A DNA stretch of 52,916 bases from NCBI GenBank assembly GCA_031277225.1, contig JAITMQ010000003.1, forward strand, positions 1 through 52,916, given 5' to 3'. Position 1 is the stretch's first letter, and every line of letters begins with the position of its first letter. Source of the stretch: Clostridiales bacterium (GTDB lineage Bacteria; Bacillota; Clostridia; Lachnospirales; WRAX01). Both the position numbers and the translations under genes were made by a program. Under the pieces are notes generated by a model. That model saw only the letters and a list, made by a program, of their open reading frames with translations. It did not search any database and was not told the origin of the DNA. This document shows positions 51,195 to 52,916 of this stretch, in pieces.

Positions 51195-51620
51195 ATGTTT
51201 AAGAATGAAATGGAGCTTAAATTTGCGGCTTTGTCGGAGAATCAGGCCTTTGCGCGGGTTGTGGCGGCGGCCTTTGCCACGCGCCTAAACCCGACTGTGG
51301 CCGAAATTACGGAAATCAAAACCGCGGTGAGTGAGGCGGTTACAAATGCTATAATTCATGGCTATGACGGGCTTGACGGCGCGGCGGTGATTATGCGGGG
51401 CTACATAAAGGGGCGCGAAATTTTGATTGAAATTGAGGACGCAGGGCGCGGCATTGAAGACATTGAGCAGGCCCGCGAGCCGCTTTTTACCACAAAGCCG
51501 GACGAGGAGCGTTCGGGCATGGGTTTTACGGTTATGGAGGAATTTATGGACTCGCTTGAAGTCGAAAGCGAGCCGGGGCGCGGAACAATCGTGAAAATGC
51601 GTAAGATTATCGGGGGCTGA
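51195..51620 (+). CDS. spoIIAB: Anti-sigma-F factor / Ser kinase
   Basis: EAVTNAIIHGY, IEDAGRGIEDIEQAREPLFTTKP and RSGMGFTVM are HATPase_c motifs. Confidence 0.93.
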   Translation: MFKNEMELKFAALSENQAFARVVAAAFATRLNPTVAEITEIKTAVSEAVTNAIIHGYDGLDGAAVIMRGYIKGREILIEIEDAGRGIEDIEQAREPLFTTKPDEERSGMGFTVMEEFMDSLEVESEPGRGTIVKMRKIIGG

Positions 51621-51621
51621 C

Positions 51622-52356
51622 ATGGAAAAGGTTCTGGACAGGACAATTGAGCTTATTGTGGCTTCGCAAAACGGCGACAGCCGCGCGCGCGACACAATTG
51701 TTACGGAAAACACGGGGCTAATTTGGTCCGTTGTGAAAAAATTTATTGGGCGTGGCTATGAAGCCGAGGATTTGTTCCAAATCGGCTCTATTGGCTTGAT
51801 GAAATGCATTGACAAATTCGATATAAATTTCGGCGTAAAATTTTCGACTTATGCCGTGCCCATGATTATGGGCGAAATTAAGCGATTTTTGCGCGACGAC
51901 GGCATGATTAAAGTCAGTCGTCCGCTTAAGGAAATGGCCATGAAGGCCAAATATATGCAGGAAAATTTGCAGCAGGCCACGGGGCGCGTGCCTACGATTA
52001 CAGAAGTGGCCGACGCGCTTGAAATTGACGCGGCAGACCTGGCACATGCCATGGACGCGGGCGGCGAGGTGGAGTCGCTGCACGCAATTGTGCATCAAGG
52101 CGACGGCAGCCCTGTCTATTTGCTGGACAAGCTTGAAATGACGGGGCATGATTATGGCGACCGTATGATTGACAAAATCGCGCTGAGGGAGATTATTACG
52201 AAGCTTGAGCCGAAGGAGCGGCAGGTCATAGTAATGCGCTATTTTCAAGACAAAACGCAAAGCCAAATAGCACAGGCGATTGGCGTGTCGCAAGTGCAGG
52301 TTAGTCGGATTGAGAAGCGGGTGCTAAAGACCCTGCGGATGAAGCTTGAGGCCTAG
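51622..52356 (+). CDS. sigF: RNA polymerase sporulation sigma factor F
   Basis: Sigma-70 regions 2-4 are present (DLFQIGSIGLMKCIDKFD, FSTYAVPMIMGEIKRFLRD, SQSQIAQAIGVSQVQVSRIEKR). The position after spoIIAB fits. Confidence 0.95.
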   Translation: MEKVLDRTIELIVASQNGDSRARDTIVTENTGLIWSVVKKFIGRGYEAEDLFQIGSIGLMKCIDKFDINFGVKFSTYAVPMIMGEIKRFLRDDGMIKVSRPLKEMAMKAKYMQENLQQATGRVPTITEVADALEIDAADLAHAMDAGGEVESLHAIVHQGDGSPVYLLDKLEMTGHDYGDRMIDKIALREIITKLEPKERQVIVMRYFQDKTQSQIAQAIGVSQVQVSRIEKRVLKTLRMKLEA

Positions 52357-52357
52357 G

Positions 52358-52411
52358 CGCGCGGAATGACGGTCAATAAGCAACGTCATTCCCGCGAAAG
52401 CGGGAATCCCC
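52358..52411. repeat. Family D palindromic element (copy 2)
   Basis: GCGCGGAATGACG-N12-CGTCATTCCCGCGAAAGCGGGAATCCCC. The core fits ATTCCC-N8-GGGAAT. Confidence 0.88.
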
Positions 52412-52412
52412 A

Positions 52413-52482
52413 TTTTCGTGTGTTTTTGTGCATTTCGTGGTTCATTTTTTTAAACCACGAAAAGCACGAAAAGCACGAAAAC
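52413..52482. repeat. Long imperfect inverted repeat (~30-nt arms) with an internal 9-nt periodicity (CACGAAAAG x3)
   Basis: TTTTCGTGTGTTTTTGTGCATTTCGTGGTT-cattttttta-AACCACGAAAAGCACGAAAAGCACGAAAAC, between convergent sigF and the S41 fragment. Confidence 0.85.
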
Positions 52483-52486
52483 GTCA

Positions 52487-52816
52487 TCAAGACCGGATTA
52501 TTGTTAACACGGTTTCCAGAGCATCAAGGCCGGGTAGGTTGAAATGATGCGGAATAGTTCCCGCCTCAAGGGGGCGGCCGTGGGCATCTATTGGGTAGAG
52601 CATATCGAAAGTTAGGGCAATGCCCGTATTTGGCAGTCGGGCATTTGTGCGCGGGCCGCCATAGCTGCCGCCCGTAATGTCCCCAACAAGTGTTGCAAAT
52701 CCCGATTCTTTTGCAAACCATGCAGCAACTTGCGCAGCAGAGCCCATATTTTCATTTACTAACATCCATATTTTTCCGTTAAAATTTAAATCAAAAGAGG
52801 TGTGGACAAACAACAC
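52487..52816 (-). pseudogene. 5'-truncated S41 peptidase paralog (C-terminal ~105 aa only)
   Basis: NGKIWMLVNENMGSAAQVAAWFAKESGFATLVGDITGG...LPNTGIALTFD aligns with the C-terminus of 44042..45316. An in-frame TAA lies immediately upstream of the first codon. Confidence 0.7.
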
Positions 52817-52837
52817 TTAATATGATATAATAACTAC

Positions 52838-52916
52838 ATGGATAATCTAACTAAAAAACAATGCCCCAAATGCAAAGCTGAAACCGGCCAAATGAAAAAT
52901 GGACGCAATCGTTCGG
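52838..52916 (+). mobile_element. Start of a zinc-ribbon ORF resembling IS1/IS1595-type transposase N-termini (runs off the window)
   Basis: MDNLTKKQCPKCKAETGQMKNGRNRS... shows CPxC...KNG..R as in InsA-like zinc fingers. TATAAT lies about 8 nt upstream. The ORF begins exactly where the S41 homology breaks. Confidence 0.35.

Overview
Chromosomal segment of a spore-forming Firmicute, most likely a Clostridia-class organism, judged from spoIIAA-spoIIAB-sigF, ylmC, floA/nfeD and a ptb-buk fermentation operon. No rRNA, tRNA or CRISPR array was seen. About 70 genes are supported. Housekeeping genes are rlmD, murC, pheS/pheT, polA, coaE, trpS, yebC and yigZ. The window also holds a 1719-aa thioester-less alpha-2-macroglobulin, a MATE exporter, a TSUP exporter, an MCP, an RCC1-repeat surface protein and S41 peptidases. 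Further content is an orphan three-gene '2-hydroxyacyl-CoA dehydratase activase' cluster and a compact type II R-M pair. A long minus-strand operon encodes branched-chain amino-acid fermentation: ptb, buk, leucine dehydrogenase and a four-subunit 2-oxoacid:ferredoxin oxidoreductase. The most unusual pattern is that small toxin-antitoxin-like cassettes sit inside conserved operons at gene junctions, mostly with overlapping or closely abutting stop/start codons. These are a PIN-first pair between pheS and pheT, DinJ/VapC after pheT, a relE three-gene cassette between the oxidoreductase alpha and beta genes, and hicA-hicB-hicB between ptb and buk. Other points worth follow-up are a cytoplasmic retropepsin-like protease two-gene module and at least four families of GC-rich palindromic (REP-like) intergenic repeats, one showing a compensatory stem change. 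There are also 35-nt heptamer microsatellites that place stop codons in all six frames, and an S41 peptidase gene truncated next to an IS-like zinc-ribbon ORF at the window edge. All family assignments come from motif recognition by eye, with no database search run.
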